From: Candidatus Methanoperedenaceae archaeon GB37
Lineage (GTDB): Archaea > Halobacteriota > Methanosarcinia > Methanosarcinales > EX4572-44
Direction: 5' to 3'
DNA length: 64,000 bases
Assembly: GCA_905171695.1 (NCBI GenBank)
Contig: LR991653.1
Location: forward strand, 1,550,625-1,614,624
Below, in pieces: positions 32,601-41,759 of this stretch. Below the pieces are notes generated by a model. It was not told the origin of the DNA. It searched no databases and saw nothing but the letters and a program-made list of their open reading frames with translations. A program made the translations under genes and the position numbers. The first letter of the stretch is position 1. Each line of letters opens with the position of its first letter.

Positions 32601-35600
32601 TATGTTTCCGCTCTGTGCAGACTTCTTGCCACTGTGATAATCATCAGTTGTGGTCGTCCAGCTCTGATCGCCTCCTGTGGAATAATTAGATCCCAGCGAG
32701 CCTCTTTCATAATCATCTTCAAGGTGCACACTGCCCGTAGATTCTGTTCCGTACACGTTACCATCTGGACTGGTCAGCGTCAAATTCAGATCAGCAGAAC
32801 TGTTATCCCATCTCAGAAGTACCTTGAAATCGTTGACAGACTCGTTGACTATGAATGTGTCAATGAACGATGCAAAGGGTAGGTCATCAGAGAACTGGCA
32901 GGAGTATCCGTCTCCTTTTATATCTACCTCTGCCGGGTAGTATGCGATCCGAGTATTATTGGCAAGGACCTCTACATTTCGTATTTCATTATTCCATGGA
33001 GAACCAGTGCAGTAATCGTGATAATCATAAAACGTTACAGTATTGGAGCCGTTCTGAACAAGATTAGTAATATCATACTCATAGTCCATCCACCCCGGAT
33101 TACAGTCCCTGGTGCCATGCGAGGGTGGAGGGATTAAGGTAAAGTTCACACCATTGATCTGAATCAAACACTCACCGGCATCGCTGCCACCATAATTGGG
33201 ACTGGCATCGAAGTGATCATCAAGGTCATATCCTTCAAACCTGAGTGTGTACGTTGGATTGGATATAGGCACAAGACACCCTTCCGTCTCGTAATCATGC
33301 GGGGTGAATCCTTCGTCTCCGTACTCGATCTTGGTTATGTCGTAGTCGCTGATCTCCTGTGCGATCGAGTTGTAGACGCTCTGCAGGTCTGAGCTTGTGG
33401 GTGCGTTGTAGTATGTGCCTCCTGTCTCGGTTGCGATGCGCTGGAGGAGTGGTTCGTCGATGTATGATGCGCTGCCAAGTCCGATCGTGTATATTGTGAT
33501 GCCGTTTGCATTTGCTGTCGAGATCGCATTTGAACAATCTTGATCCGATCCTGCATTGCACTTGCCGTCTGTGAGGACGATCATGATCTTTCTTGCATCA
33601 CTGCGTCCGTTTATGAGCATGGTGTTTGCATCTTCCATTCCATCTCCCATTGCGGTGCTGCCAGAGGCGTATATTCCATCGATTGCGTCTCTGAGAAGTG
33701 TTCTGTTCTCTGATGTGTTCAGTAGTGTCAGGTTTACATCAACCCTGCTGGACGTTGAGAACGATACCACTCCGACCTGTGCGTTCGAGACAAGGTTCTC
33801 CATGAAGACCTTTGCCGCTGTCTTTGCATCGGTCATCGGCTGCTCAGGGTCGTCGCCGAGGAATTTCATGCTTCCTGAGCGGTCGAGTACGAGCACCACA
33901 TCCAGCGGCGTGCCAGCGTAGTAGTCAGGATCCATGCTCCCTGAGCGGTCAAGTACGAGCATTGCTGACGCTGCTGGTCGTGTGATCGGTAGCTCGCCTT
34001 CAACCGATACTATGGTTGTGACGTTGACGGTATCACTTGAGTTGATGCTCTCTGGTTCGATCGTGATGTTCACAGAGAGGAATGGCTGGTCTTTTATCTC
34101 AACTGTGGTCGATGCGTTTATCGTCCCGTTTCTTGCTGTGATGGTGGCATTCCCGGCTTGCGTGCCACTTGTGAATGTTGCATAGATTCTGCCGTCTGTG
34201 TTCGTACTCGTGTTTAAGACGTCTGTTGCGTTCACGCCAGGGATTGTGATCTCTCCGAGTGTGGTGTTCATACTCTCGAGTGTCACGTTGATCTCTGGAA
34301 GTGTGTGCCCCCATTCGTCGAGTGCCACGAGGGTTAGGGTGGAGTTGTGGTTTCCACTGAGGTTCTGGGTGAGAACGGCAGATGGGCTTGCATAGAAGAT
34401 GAAGCTTGCAAGGCTTCCTGCTATGAAGCTTAAGTGTGTGGTGTTGGTTATATTGGTCGGTCCTGTCGCGTTCTCGTATGTTGCGTAGACGTCCACGGTC
34501 TCAACGTATGGGGTTGGTCCGACGAGTGTTGTCGCTGTAGCGGTCTCATTCAAGGGTATGAGTGTTGTGCCTCCTGTTGTTGTGAAGCGCACCTGTTCTT
34601 TAATCGGGCAGCAATCGGGGAGGACAGGGTTTAAGAATTGGTCGACTATCTGCGCATGGAGCCTGCACTTGTCCTCGTTATTTGCGTAGAGGATGCCTGG
34701 TGTACGGCTCAACAAGAGGTCACAGGCGTAGTCTGCAACCCCTGTGATCGTGATCGTCGTCTTCACCGCAGAGTCTGGGATTGTGATGTTGATCGTGTTA
34801 GTCCCTGCCCTCTTATCCGTTCTGAAGATGGTTGATGCAACCCCATCCTGGCGGGTGGTGTTCTCCTCTGGTGTTAGGGTGAGTGAGTTGTACTCGATCG
34901 GGCTGTTGTACTTTGTATTGGGTGGTGGTGTTGCAGTGAAGTTAAGAGTTGTCTTCTCTACAGGATTGCCATAGCGATCAGAGACTCTCACTCTTATCGG
35001 ATACGTCGTGTTCACGGTGTACTCGTCATCATAGGATACGGTCATGGTGTGGGGGGCTGCTGGAGTATACGTGATCTTGGTCGTCTTCGTGGCACTGCCC
35101 GCGGTTGCGGTGAGAGTGAAGTTTCCTGCAAGTGTGGAGTTGATGAGAAGAGAGACGTTTGAACTGGTCGCATCCGTCTTGTTGGCGAGTCTCAGACTGA
35201 CCTCGCTCTCTCCTTCCTCACTTCCTGCACTGTAATTGACAAAGATCTCTGTCAGCGTCCCGGGTGCTCTTGTAATCTCCACGTATTCTGTGATCTCTCC
35301 AAGAATGTCTCTTATCGTGAGGTTCAGTCCCACATCTGCAGTGGTATTCACGTTCTGATACTCGTCATACACTGTCAGGTTCACTCTTGTCTCGTTGCCC
35401 GCTCTGATCGGGTTCTGGCTGAGTCTGGTCTCTATCGAGGATGGAGTTCCTGGTGTGAAGCTCACGTTCGTGGTGTTGTACGTCGCATTCACACTCGCAT
35501 TCACGGTAGCAATGCCAGCAATGGTCGAGTTCGCCCATACCACAGCCATGCCTGACCCATTAGTGTATGCTGACTCCGCACTGAGGTTTCCAAGGCTCGT

Positions 35601-35786
35601 TGTGAGATTGACAAGCGTGTTCTTCTGCGGTGTTGAGTTGTTGAGCACCGTTATGGTCACGTTCACACTATCACCCACCGGGGTCTCGAACGACTCTGGT
35701 ATGATCTGTATCTCAAGTCCAACCGCAAGCCCACACAGGAGCGCGAGGGTCACTATCATCAGCAGTATTCTACAGGGACGGTTCAT
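29661..35786 (-). CDS. Giant secreted surface protein: Ig-like (invasin-type) repeats, nested vWA domains and beta-sandwich inserts
   Basis: Signal peptide MNRPCRILLMIVTLALLCGLAVG; many N-x-S/T sequons; two DRSGSM MIDAS motifs; LTDG and MTDG. Confidence 0.85.
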   Translation of the reverse strand: MNRPCRILLMIVTLALLCGLAVGLEIQIIPESFETPVGDSVNVTITVLNNSTPQKNTLVNLTTSLGNLSAESAYTNGSGMAVVWANSTIAGIATVNASVNATYNTTNVSFTPGTPSSIETRLSQNPIRAGNETRVNLTVYDEYQNVNTTADVGLNLTIRDILGEITEYVEITRAPGTLTEIFVNYSAGSEEGESEVSLRLANKTDATSSNVSLLINSTLAGNFTLTATAGSATKTTKITYTPAAPHTMTVSYDDEYTVNTTYPIRVRVSDRYGNPVEKTTLNFTATPPPNTKYNSPIEYNSLTLTPEENTTRQDGVASTIFRTDKRAGTNTINITIPDSAVKTTITITGVADYACDLLLSRTPGILYANNEDKCRLHAQIVDQFLNPVLPDCCPIKEQVRFTTTGGTTLIPLNETATATTLVGPTPYVETVDVYATYENATGPTNITNTTHLSFIAGSLASFIFYASPSAVLTQNLSGNHNSTLTLVALDEWGHTLPEINVTLESMNTTLGEITIPGVNATDVLNTSTNTDGRIYATFTSGTQAGNATITARNGTINASTTVEIKDQPFLSVNITIEPESINSSDTVNVTTIVSVEGELPITRPAASAMLVLDRSGSMDPDYYAGTPLDVVLVLDRSGSMKFLGDDPEQPMTDAKTAAKVFMENLVSNAQVGVVSFSTSSRVDVNLTLLNTSENRTLLRDAIDGIYASGSTAMGDGMEDANTMLINGRSDARKIMIVLTDGKCNAGSDQDCSNAISTANANGITIYTIGLGSASYIDEPLLQRIATETGGTYYNAPTSSDLQSVYNSIAQEISDYDITKIEYGDEGFTPHDYETEGCLVPISNPTYTLRFEGYDLDDHFDASPNYGGSDAGECLIQINGVNFTLIPPPSHGTRDCNPGWMDYEYDITNLVQNGSNTVTFYDYHDYCTGSPWNNEIRNVEVLANNTRIAYYPAEVDIKGDGYSCQFSDDLPFASFIDTFIVNESVNDFKVLLRWDNSSADLNLTLTSPDGNVYGTESTGSVHLEDDYERGSLGSNYSTGGDQSWTTTTDDYHSGKKSAQSGNISDGETTWLDRTVTLNQSGSVEFWYRISSERYHDFFNFYIDGARELHVAGNTSWMRFNESLDAGTHTLKWEYVKDGSGSEYDDCVYIDEMKIRYGVNNTDTTGYYFDDREAVPIDLRSPEFDTYITSASPNTVFTDETSFYVTDEMSGGEEACSIMRWKLPSAPTDNARIESVTMYLRGISSTSDPGSEPRSINIYDLVTGYGDDPTWNCSDNSTSQAWANGSFSSADIDSYLIDSVALSSSIDDEVVEFNITSANWSGDRLPEWGEECNIVLVGEGYDGAGADRFASSETDTEAHHYTLNGWRPLVTVTYTITRETSEYIWVHPLPYTYPDTDAETVENGVWTVQVRGTGSESEEFNITTYIDKKSAVKLASHAFISSFNETNGDRCGLVLYSNESVANRFSQSSYVRNNSTWVGYFDVPTTSQYTLRFDGYDLDYSGDCRIDVNGETLTWVPPPSSGNGQWKDDYEYDITDYVQDGLNVVSFYDPHDYDNKVRNVEIWNETGVIVSYPSVENLVSDHPYNCTFNATRTRVTFNLTWDNQSDNLDLYLYKGVDVVASSNNTTGFEEFSLYLEDATYHVIVNGTNVLGNTSRFNLTVSQDLDWTEWHADLSSTLNNDTLLHLNASINNFTADGLTAIDEGMFVANGELASVSGNSTMVLMTDGLDNAGYHSLLLEAERAAANNTVIYTVGFGSSESEVDPVLSEIAKITGGEYYFAPSASVLQSIFRGIAANITNFTASGPTMNLLIPHNYITNLSLATATYVANSSNATWGNSTNVTGGENGTVIGPGTGNAEPNINTVGNITTLTWDLPSLGVGESWGVWYQLVVEGAGFIPLILPGSNLTYTDVNGENITVNITFGGGTSTGGSGADVDYIGLGSLELSADPTLILIGETSNITMRTWYTDGNPAIASVQLYTDIGYFNHDQTKTSIAKTVSGSDRVNLTSPVAGVAHIRGSASNANNTVGSLVVVVVRPKGAITIS

Positions 35787-36016
35787 CTGCAACACCCACA
35801 CACTATATGCACATACAAATATATATATTGCGTGAGCATAATTTCGGGTTGAAGAAAGAGAGCTGTCGCTCAGGAAAAGTAGAATCTCTCAAACGCTTGG
35901 GCAGATACTTTACGAAATTTTTGAGAAGAGGCGATCAGAGAGCTCTATAACTTCATATATTTAGAGGTGGCTTGGGAGGAGTCTCTCTTAGGTGAGAATT
36001 TGGGTTGGTGATTTTT

Positions 36017-36187
36017 TCAGTACCATGCTTTCCGTTTCCATCTGTAGTTTCGCATTCGTTTTGTTCTTCCGAATCCACAGTAGGAGCAGATCTTTTTGTT
36101 GGTGTGGAATGATACTCTGCCGCATCGTCGGCATTTGATATGTGTTCGCTTCTGTCTTTTTCCTTGTGAAGGCGTTCCTTTACTCAT
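36017..36187 (-). CDS. rpl37e: 50S ribosomal protein L37e (not in the ORF track)
   Basis: [28 protein letters not shown]...CSYCGFG; directly after Lsm. Confidence 0.95.
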   Translation of the reverse strand: MSKGTPSQGKRQKRTHIKCRRCGRVSFHTNKKICSYCGFGRTKRMRNYRWKRKAWY

Positions 36188-36204
36188 ATTGATACGATCC
36201 TCTT

Positions 36205-36423
36205 TTATGGTGAGATAAATATTATGTTGTCGCCACGCACCACGATCGTTCCGAACTTCCTTGTTGTGTTGTCGTTCATTATCTCTTCGGCGTTGTCGAG
36301 CACGAGGTTCATGTGCATGTCGTAACCTTGTAACTGTCCACGGAACTCTCTATGTCCTTTTAAGCGTACAAAGACGTTAGAGTTCAGTGTTTCATTCAAA
36401 ACGTCAAGTGGCCTCTTTCCCAT
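36205..36423 (-). CDS. Sm-like archaeal protein (SmAP1/Lsm)
   Basis: [21 protein letters not shown]. Confidence 0.95.
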   Translation of the reverse strand: MGKRPLDVLNETLNSNVFVRLKGHREFRGQLQGYDMHMNLVLDNAEEIMNDNTTRKFGTIVVRGDNIIFISP

Positions 36424-36573
36424 CTACAGACGCTCCTTCAAGATGCTGATCTTTCGAAACGGAATATACTTGAGTGCATGAGTCTGGTATCATCATGAGG
36501 ATTGAAGATACTTAAAGCTAACGAGCCAGTGGGGTTCTTGAGCTTGGAGTTGTGATGGCAAGACATATAACGT

Positions 36574-39216
36574 ATGCTGGCTTATGGCGTCTATGTGTTG
36601 AAGTTCCAGGTCTTTGATGCTGATTATATCTATGATGATGCTGGGAAGCCTCTTCTGCGTTTCTATGGGCGTGACGAGGAGGGTTCGAGTATCTGTTGTT
36701 TCGTGCCCAACTTTGAACCTTATTTCTATCTTAAAACTGATCTTGATGTGAAGGAGAGGCTTGAGAGAGAGTTTGAGGAGATTGTGCGTGTGGAAGAGGT
36801 CCTGAGGTTCCCGCCTCTCGGTTACTTCAGAGCCCCTCTTCCGATGTATCGAGTGGTTCTCTCTGACCCAAAGAGTGTGCCAGAGATACGTGATGCCGTG
36901 GGCGAGTTTGGCGAGGTCTTCGAGACAGATATTCTCTTTCGGAATCGATACATGATCGATCATGGTATTGGTGGTATGAGCTGGGTTCAGGTTGAGGAGG
37001 AGGACGCGGGTGGGGTCAGGGTTGACGGTGTTAACTGCGATAAGTGTGTTGTGGGACAGCTCACGCATATCGAGAGAGTCTCGAACGTGAAGCTTCGGTA
37101 CCTCGCATTCGATATTGAGTGTCTCACGACAGGTGGCATGCCTGACCCAAAGACGTCTCCTATTATACTGATCAGTTTCTCGTTCAAGCCTGCGTATAAC
37201 GGCTTGGATTCGCTCGTGCTCGTTGCAAAGCCTGTCAACGGAGACGGTGTTGAGGGTTGCAGGGACGAGGTCGAGCTTATCAGGCGCTTCTGTGAGATCG
37301 TCAGGGATTTTGACCCTGATGTGATCTTCGGGTACAACTCGAACGGCTTTGATTTCCCCTACATCGTGGACCGGGTGAAACACCTCAACCTCGATCTGAA
37401 GCTTGATATCGGGAGAGATGGGCGACCAGTCTACTATCGGCGCATCGGAACGACCAGTCGCGTGAGTGTAACAGGAAGGATCATCGTTGATCTCCTCCCG
37501 ATCATTCGAAGAGAGTTCAGTTTGAAGCAGTACACGCTTCGAAATACTGCAAAAGAGCTTTTAGAGATGGAAAAACATGATGTCAGTCCTGATATGATGG
37601 CAGAGTACTGGGAGGACGACTCACTTCTCCCGATCTTCATCGAGTACTCTCGCAACGACTCCCATCTTGCAATGGAGCTTATGATGCGCTATCGATTGCT
37701 TGACAAATACATCGCTCTTGCAAAGATCAGTGGCTCACTGCTCCAAGAGATCCTTGACAGCGGACAGACAGCGATGGTTGAGAATATACTCCTCAGTGAG
37801 TATCACGCCAACGATCGTGTTGTGCCGCCAAAACCCAGTGAGAAGCTCTCATCGAGGCGCAAGCAGGTTGAAGAGCTCAAAGGCGGGGAAGTGCTGGAGC
37901 CAGAGCACGGCTTGCTCGAGGACATAGTGATACTCGATTATCGCTCACTCTACCCAAGCATAATGATGGCACACAACCTCTGTTACACAACAGAGATCAT
38001 AGCTGACGAACCAGACGATCCAGCCGACGTTATTACAACACCCTCGGGAGCGCGTTTCGTATCAAGGAGCGTGTCTCGTGGGATCGTGCCGCAGATCCTG
38101 GAGAGATTACTTGAAGAGCGGGTCGAGATAAAGAGACGGATGAAAGAGTCTGATATGGGGTCGGATGAGTTGCACGTGCTTGATGCCACACAGCTTGCGC
38201 TGAAGATCCTCCTGAACAGCTTCTATGGATACGCTGGTTATGCTCGTGCACGACTATACAGCCTCAACCTTGCAAACTCGGTTACGAGCTATGGACGTGA
38301 GAACATACTCCGCACCAAGAAGCTGATCGAAGAAGAACTTGAAAGCATGCCACGAATCGAGAACGCTTCTGAGAGAGTCTTCTTTAAAGTGGTCTATGGC
38401 GATACTGACAGTGTCTTTGTGAGACTGAAGACCGATGGTAAGAATGCTCTCCCACCCAACTCAAACTCAACGAAAGAGCCCCCCATCTTCAACATAGGGC
38501 TTGACGAAGCTGGGCGTATTGGCGAAGAGATTGCAAGAAGCGTTACTTCTTCACTTGAAGACCCAATGGAACTCGTCTTCGAATCATTTGCACGCAGAGC
38601 CATATTTCTCGCAAAGAAGCGATATGCAATATGGGTTTTTGAAAAAAGTGGAGACGGTTGGAGAGACAGCATAAAGGTGAAAGGGATGGAGACGGTGCGG
38701 CGTGACTGGTGCGAACTTGCATCAGAGACGCTTGAACAGGTGCTCGAGATCGTGCTCAAGAAGGGCGATATCGACGAAGCAGTAGAGTACGTACGCGGCG
38801 TAGTTAAGGACATCCGCAGGCTGATGGTTGAACACGATCCAGAGATAATAAGAAAGCTCGTTATAACGAGACGCTACACCAAGAAGGCCGAGAGCTACAA
38901 TAGCAAACAACCACACATCACAGTGGTCGAAAAGATCAGGAAGCGAGGCGGAAAAGTACCTGAAGTCGGAGATCGCGTCCCATTCATAATAACAGCTGGA
39001 AGCGGCTTACTTGTAGATAGAGCAGAGGACGCTGAGTACGTGATGGCACACAACGTGCCTGTTGACACAGACTATTACATCCACAAGCAAGTACTTCCAC
39101 CAGTCGAGAGAATCTTCAAATCCCTCGGAGTTAACAGAAAACGCCTCAACACACACGCAATCGGTCTCAGTGAACTCGCTGAGAGAGGAACACAGAGGTC
39201 ACTCATGGACTTTTAG
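36574..39216 (+). CDS. polB: Family B DNA polymerase
   Basis: Exo FDIE and YNSNGFD; pol DYRSLYPS, KILLNSFYG, YGDTDS, KKRY; C-terminal PIP-box QRSLMDF. Confidence 0.95.
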   Translation: MLAYGVYVLKFQVFDADYIYDDAGKPLLRFYGRDEEGSSICCFVPNFEPYFYLKTDLDVKERLEREFEEIVRVEEVLRFPPLGYFRAPLPMYRVVLSDPKSVPEIRDAVGEFGEVFETDILFRNRYMIDHGIGGMSWVQVEEEDAGGVRVDGVNCDKCVVGQLTHIERVSNVKLRYLAFDIECLTTGGMPDPKTSPIILISFSFKPAYNGLDSLVLVAKPVNGDGVEGCRDEVELIRRFCEIVRDFDPDVIFGYNSNGFDFPYIVDRVKHLNLDLKLDIGRDGRPVYYRRIGTTSRVSVTGRIIVDLLPIIRREFSLKQYTLRNTAKELLEMEKHDVSPDMMAEYWEDDSLLPIFIEYSRNDSHLAMELMMRYRLLDKYIALAKISGSLLQEILDSGQTAMVENILLSEYHANDRVVPPKPSEKLSSRRKQVEELKGGEVLEPEHGLLEDIVILDYRSLYPSIMMAHNLCYTTEIIADEPDDPADVITTPSGARFVSRSVSRGIVPQILERLLEERVEIKRRMKESDMGSDELHVLDATQLALKILLNSFYGYAGYARARLYSLNLANSVTSYGRENILRTKKLIEEELESMPRIENASERVFFKVVYGDTDSVFVRLKTDGKNALPPNSNSTKEPPIFNIGLDEAGRIGEEIARSVTSSLEDPMELVFESFARRAIFLAKKRYAIWVFEKSGDGWRDSIKVKGMETVRRDWCELASETLEQVLEIVLKKGDIDEAVEYVRGVVKDIRRLMVEHDPEIIRKLVITRRYTKKAESYNSKQPHITVVEKIRKRGGKVPEVGDRVPFIITAGSGLLVDRAEDAEYVMAHNVPVDTDYYIHKQVLPPVERIFKSLGVNRKRLNTHAIGLSELAERGTQRSLMDF

Positions 39217-39330
39217 ATGCGTCGCAGGAAAAAACCGTTTAGTTTATATTGCGAGTCTGTGTATCTGTTTTGCTGAGATATGTCTCAGCCTTGTAGATGT
39301 GGTCCAAGAATGTCTCAGGGATGATAATGT

Positions 39331-40401
39331 ATGATGAATGGCTATGATCAACTGGTAGAAGAGGTTATTGATGCTGGAATATGTGTCTCTTGTGGAAACT
39401 GTGCTGCGGTCTGCCCACTCCAGTACATCTCCATGGAAGAGAAGAAACCAGTGCAAGATAGAGAGAAGAGAGATGAGATTGAGAAGAGAAGCGGGCTTGC
39501 GTGCAACGATTGTAATCTCTGTGCAATGTCCTGTCCCAGAATAGAGCCAACGTACTTCTGGCAGAAGAGAGAGCTCAAAAGGATGGAGCACGAGGGTGAG
39601 GTCAAGGCGGCACGCACCACCTACAAGCCGATACAGGACGTATGCCAGGACGGCGGGATTGTAACAACTCTCTTCAAGTACCTTCTCGATAGTGGACGTG
39701 TCGACGGGGTCGTTGTCTCACAGTACAATGGGGACTATAATCCTATTCCTGTCTTGGCAAAGACAGAGGATGATCTCCTTAGGGCAGCAGGCACGCGCTA
39801 CACTGTCTCTCCAGCCTACTCGCCACTCACAGATATTAAACAGTTAAAGGATGATGGCTACGAGAGGATCGCTATAGTCGGAACACCCTGCCAGATATAC
39901 GCACTCCGCAAGACACAGGCGATATATAACAGCCAGAGGTTGCTGATACCGCACAACATCATCACCTTTGCAGTAGGACTATTCTGTGCAGAAGAATTTG
40001 ATGACAGGATACTTCAAGACCTTGAAGTGGATATAGCAGATGTAACAGGCTTCGACGTCAAGAAAGAGGGACTGATAATCTCACTCAAGAGTGGTGAGAA
40101 GAAGATAATACCCCATGAAGACCTCGAAGAGTACGTAAGAGAGGGATGCAAGATCTGTTCTGACTTCAACTCACCATACGCAGACATATCGGTCGGCAGC
40201 GTGGGATCGCCCCCTGGATGGTCAACAGTCATCGTGCGCACAGAGACCGGGAGAGAGATATACCAGAAACTCTTGGAGAAGGGGCTTATAGAAGAGACGA
40301 CCGTGGACGAAAAAGGCTTGAAACTGATAGATAAAATGGCACAGAAGAAGATAAATAACGCACAAACAAAAATAAAAGAGCGGAGCAATAAAGAATCATA
40401 G
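39331..40401 (+). CDS. Coenzyme F420-dependent oxidoreductase beta subunit (FrhB/FpoF-like)
   Basis: CVSCGNC...CP and CNDCNLC...CP; QDGGIVT, GTPCQ, GLFC, CKIC.D...ADISVG. Confidence 0.85.
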   Translation: MMNGYDQLVEEVIDAGICVSCGNCAAVCPLQYISMEEKKPVQDREKRDEIEKRSGLACNDCNLCAMSCPRIEPTYFWQKRELKRMEHEGEVKAARTTYKPIQDVCQDGGIVTTLFKYLLDSGRVDGVVVSQYNGDYNPIPVLAKTEDDLLRAAGTRYTVSPAYSPLTDIKQLKDDGYERIAIVGTPCQIYALRKTQAIYNSQRLLIPHNIITFAVGLFCAEEFDDRILQDLEVDIADVTGFDVKKEGLIISLKSGEKKIIPHEDLEEYVREGCKICSDFNSPYADISVGSVGSPPGWSTVIVRTETGREIYQKLLEKGLIEETTVDEKGLKLIDKMAQKKINNAQTKIKERSNKES

Positions 40402-40835
40402 GAAGAATGAAAGCATTACCAAAAAAACTATTTTTATTTGTATTTATTCAAAATAAATAAGTGGAAAGATGTGATTGGAATGGAAGAGAAAGAAGAGAAA
40501 GAGATTTCGAGATGTGCACTATGTGGCTATACAGCCTCTGGCAAATTCGTCGGAGACATCTGTCCAGAATGTGGACTGACTTACTGGAAATGTATCAATT
40601 GTGGTTACATCATAACCGCGGCAGCTCCACCAGACGTCTGTCCAAGTTGTGGGGATAAAAGCGGGTTTATAAACATCACCTGCTATACTCCAGAGTGTGG
40701 TGGGCCTGAACACATCGATCCCCGATTGTAGCAGAACGAATTGCAGCAAAAGACAGAGATGAGATATTGGTCGGCAGCGTGGGATCGCCCCTTAGATGGT
40801 CAACAGTCATCGTGCGCACAGAGACCAGGAGAGAA
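40191..40835 (+). repeat. About 67-bp direct repeat (40191-40257 and 40769-40835) of the frhB-like 3' region, flanking the rubredoxin-like gene
   Basis: ggtcggcagcgtgggatcgcccc..gatggtcaacagtcatcgtgcgcacagagacc occurs twice. Confidence 0.85.
40480..40731 (+). CDS. Small double rubredoxin-like Cys-rich protein
   Basis: CALCG..CPECG, WKCINCG...PPDVCPSC, CYTPECGG. Confidence 0.75.
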   Translation: MEEKEEKEISRCALCGYTASGKFVGDICPECGLTYWKCINCGYIITAAAPPDVCPSCGDKSGFINITCYTPECGGPEHIDPRL

Positions 40836-40964
40836 ATGATAGAAGAAGCCAAAATAAAAGAATGCAATAAAAGAAACAGAGAAATGAAAAGCGTGAACCA
40901 CCAGTTCCCCTGAAGGGGCTGGAATCCTTCTCCTGTATGTATTCGTATTACTTGTCAGTCTCTT

Positions 40965-41345
40965 TTAGTGTGATTCTTTGGTCTCCTTCTTTTTTTCTTT
41001 TTTGTCTTTCTTTTTTGAGTGTGTTTTGAAGACTGTTGTGAGTGGTACTATGTATCTCTCTCCATCTCTTATCCCGAGTATGATCTCTTCTTTTTTGAGG
41101 AGTGAGTCGAGGTTCAGTTCGTATTCGCCTGGTGTTACTATTCGCACTGATTCTACGCTTTCTGGGGTTATTTTTCTCTTCTCTTCTCTGGCTTGTGTCT
41201 CTTCTATTATTTTATCTATGCTGGGTTCATCTTTCTCTTCTTTGATGTACTCGAATTTGTTGTTTCCACATTTTGGGCAGCCGTTCAGTATTTCGGCAGT
41301 GCCTTCTCTGTAGATGGTGTGGCATTTGATGCATCTGTGTGGCAT
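40965..41345 (-). CDS. oapC: OapC/ArvC (DUF2072) Zn-ribbon protein
   Basis: MPHRCIKC...GCPKCGNNKF, ESVRIVTPGEYELNL. Confidence 0.85.
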   Translation of the reverse strand: MPHRCIKCHTIYREGTAEILNGCPKCGNNKFEYIKEEKDEPSIDKIIEETQAREEKRKITPESVESVRIVTPGEYELNLDSLLKKEEIILGIRDGERYIVPLTTVFKTHSKKKDKKEKKKETKESH

Positions 41346-41359
41346 GGTGGTATTCTCTT

Positions 41360-41752
41360 TTATTGTTTTGTTACGATGGCTGTGATCATGTCTCTATCTT
41401 TTTTGATTGTTTTCAGTTTGTCTGCTGGTCCGATCACGGTTAGTCGTGTTCTTGTTGTGTTTTTTCCAAAGATTTTTCCAAATATGCTTGTGTTTTGTTT
41501 TGTGGGGTAGCTTTCTATCTCTATTCCGCTGAATCCGTCTGGTGTTATCTCGATCATTGTGAGTTCTATCAGTTTTGCTTCTTCTTCGGGTGTGAGCCCG
41601 CGTTCCAGTACGAGTATCTTGCTTGACCGTACTTCGTCGAGTATGAAGCGTATCTTCTCTATTGCTGTCATGGTTGCAAGCTTGTCTTCTGATATGAAGT
41701 CAAGCTCTACGCCCTGGACTCTGGTTGTGGTCTGGTTCTTCTTTCGTGTCAT
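41360..41752 (-). CDS. oapB: OapB/ArvB (DUF2073)
   Basis: EKIRFILDEV...ILVLE.GLTPEEE..LIE.TM, GIEIESYP, LTVIGPA. Confidence 0.88.
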   Translation of the reverse strand: MTRKKNQTTTRVQGVELDFISEDKLATMTAIEKIRFILDEVRSSKILVLERGLTPEEEAKLIELTMIEITPDGFSGIEIESYPTKQNTSIFGKIFGKNTTRTRLTVIGPADKLKTIKKDRDMITAIVTKQ

Positions 41753-41759
41753 CGTCTAT

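Noticed and set aside
36493-37383. 296-aa antisense ORF, and the many other shadow ORFs in the track
   Set aside because: They lie opposite or out of frame to well-supported genes and have no recognisable motifs; the skewed composition favours long stop-free frames.
38420-38500. Possible intein in PolB (and in the RNA polymerase subunits)
   Set aside because: Only a roughly 20-aa Pro/Asn-rich loop follows YGDTDS; there are no splice motifs and the protein lengths are normal.
40895-40930. ORB / replication origin next to oapC
   Set aside because: A single short hairpin, with no repeated ORB consensus and no cdc6.
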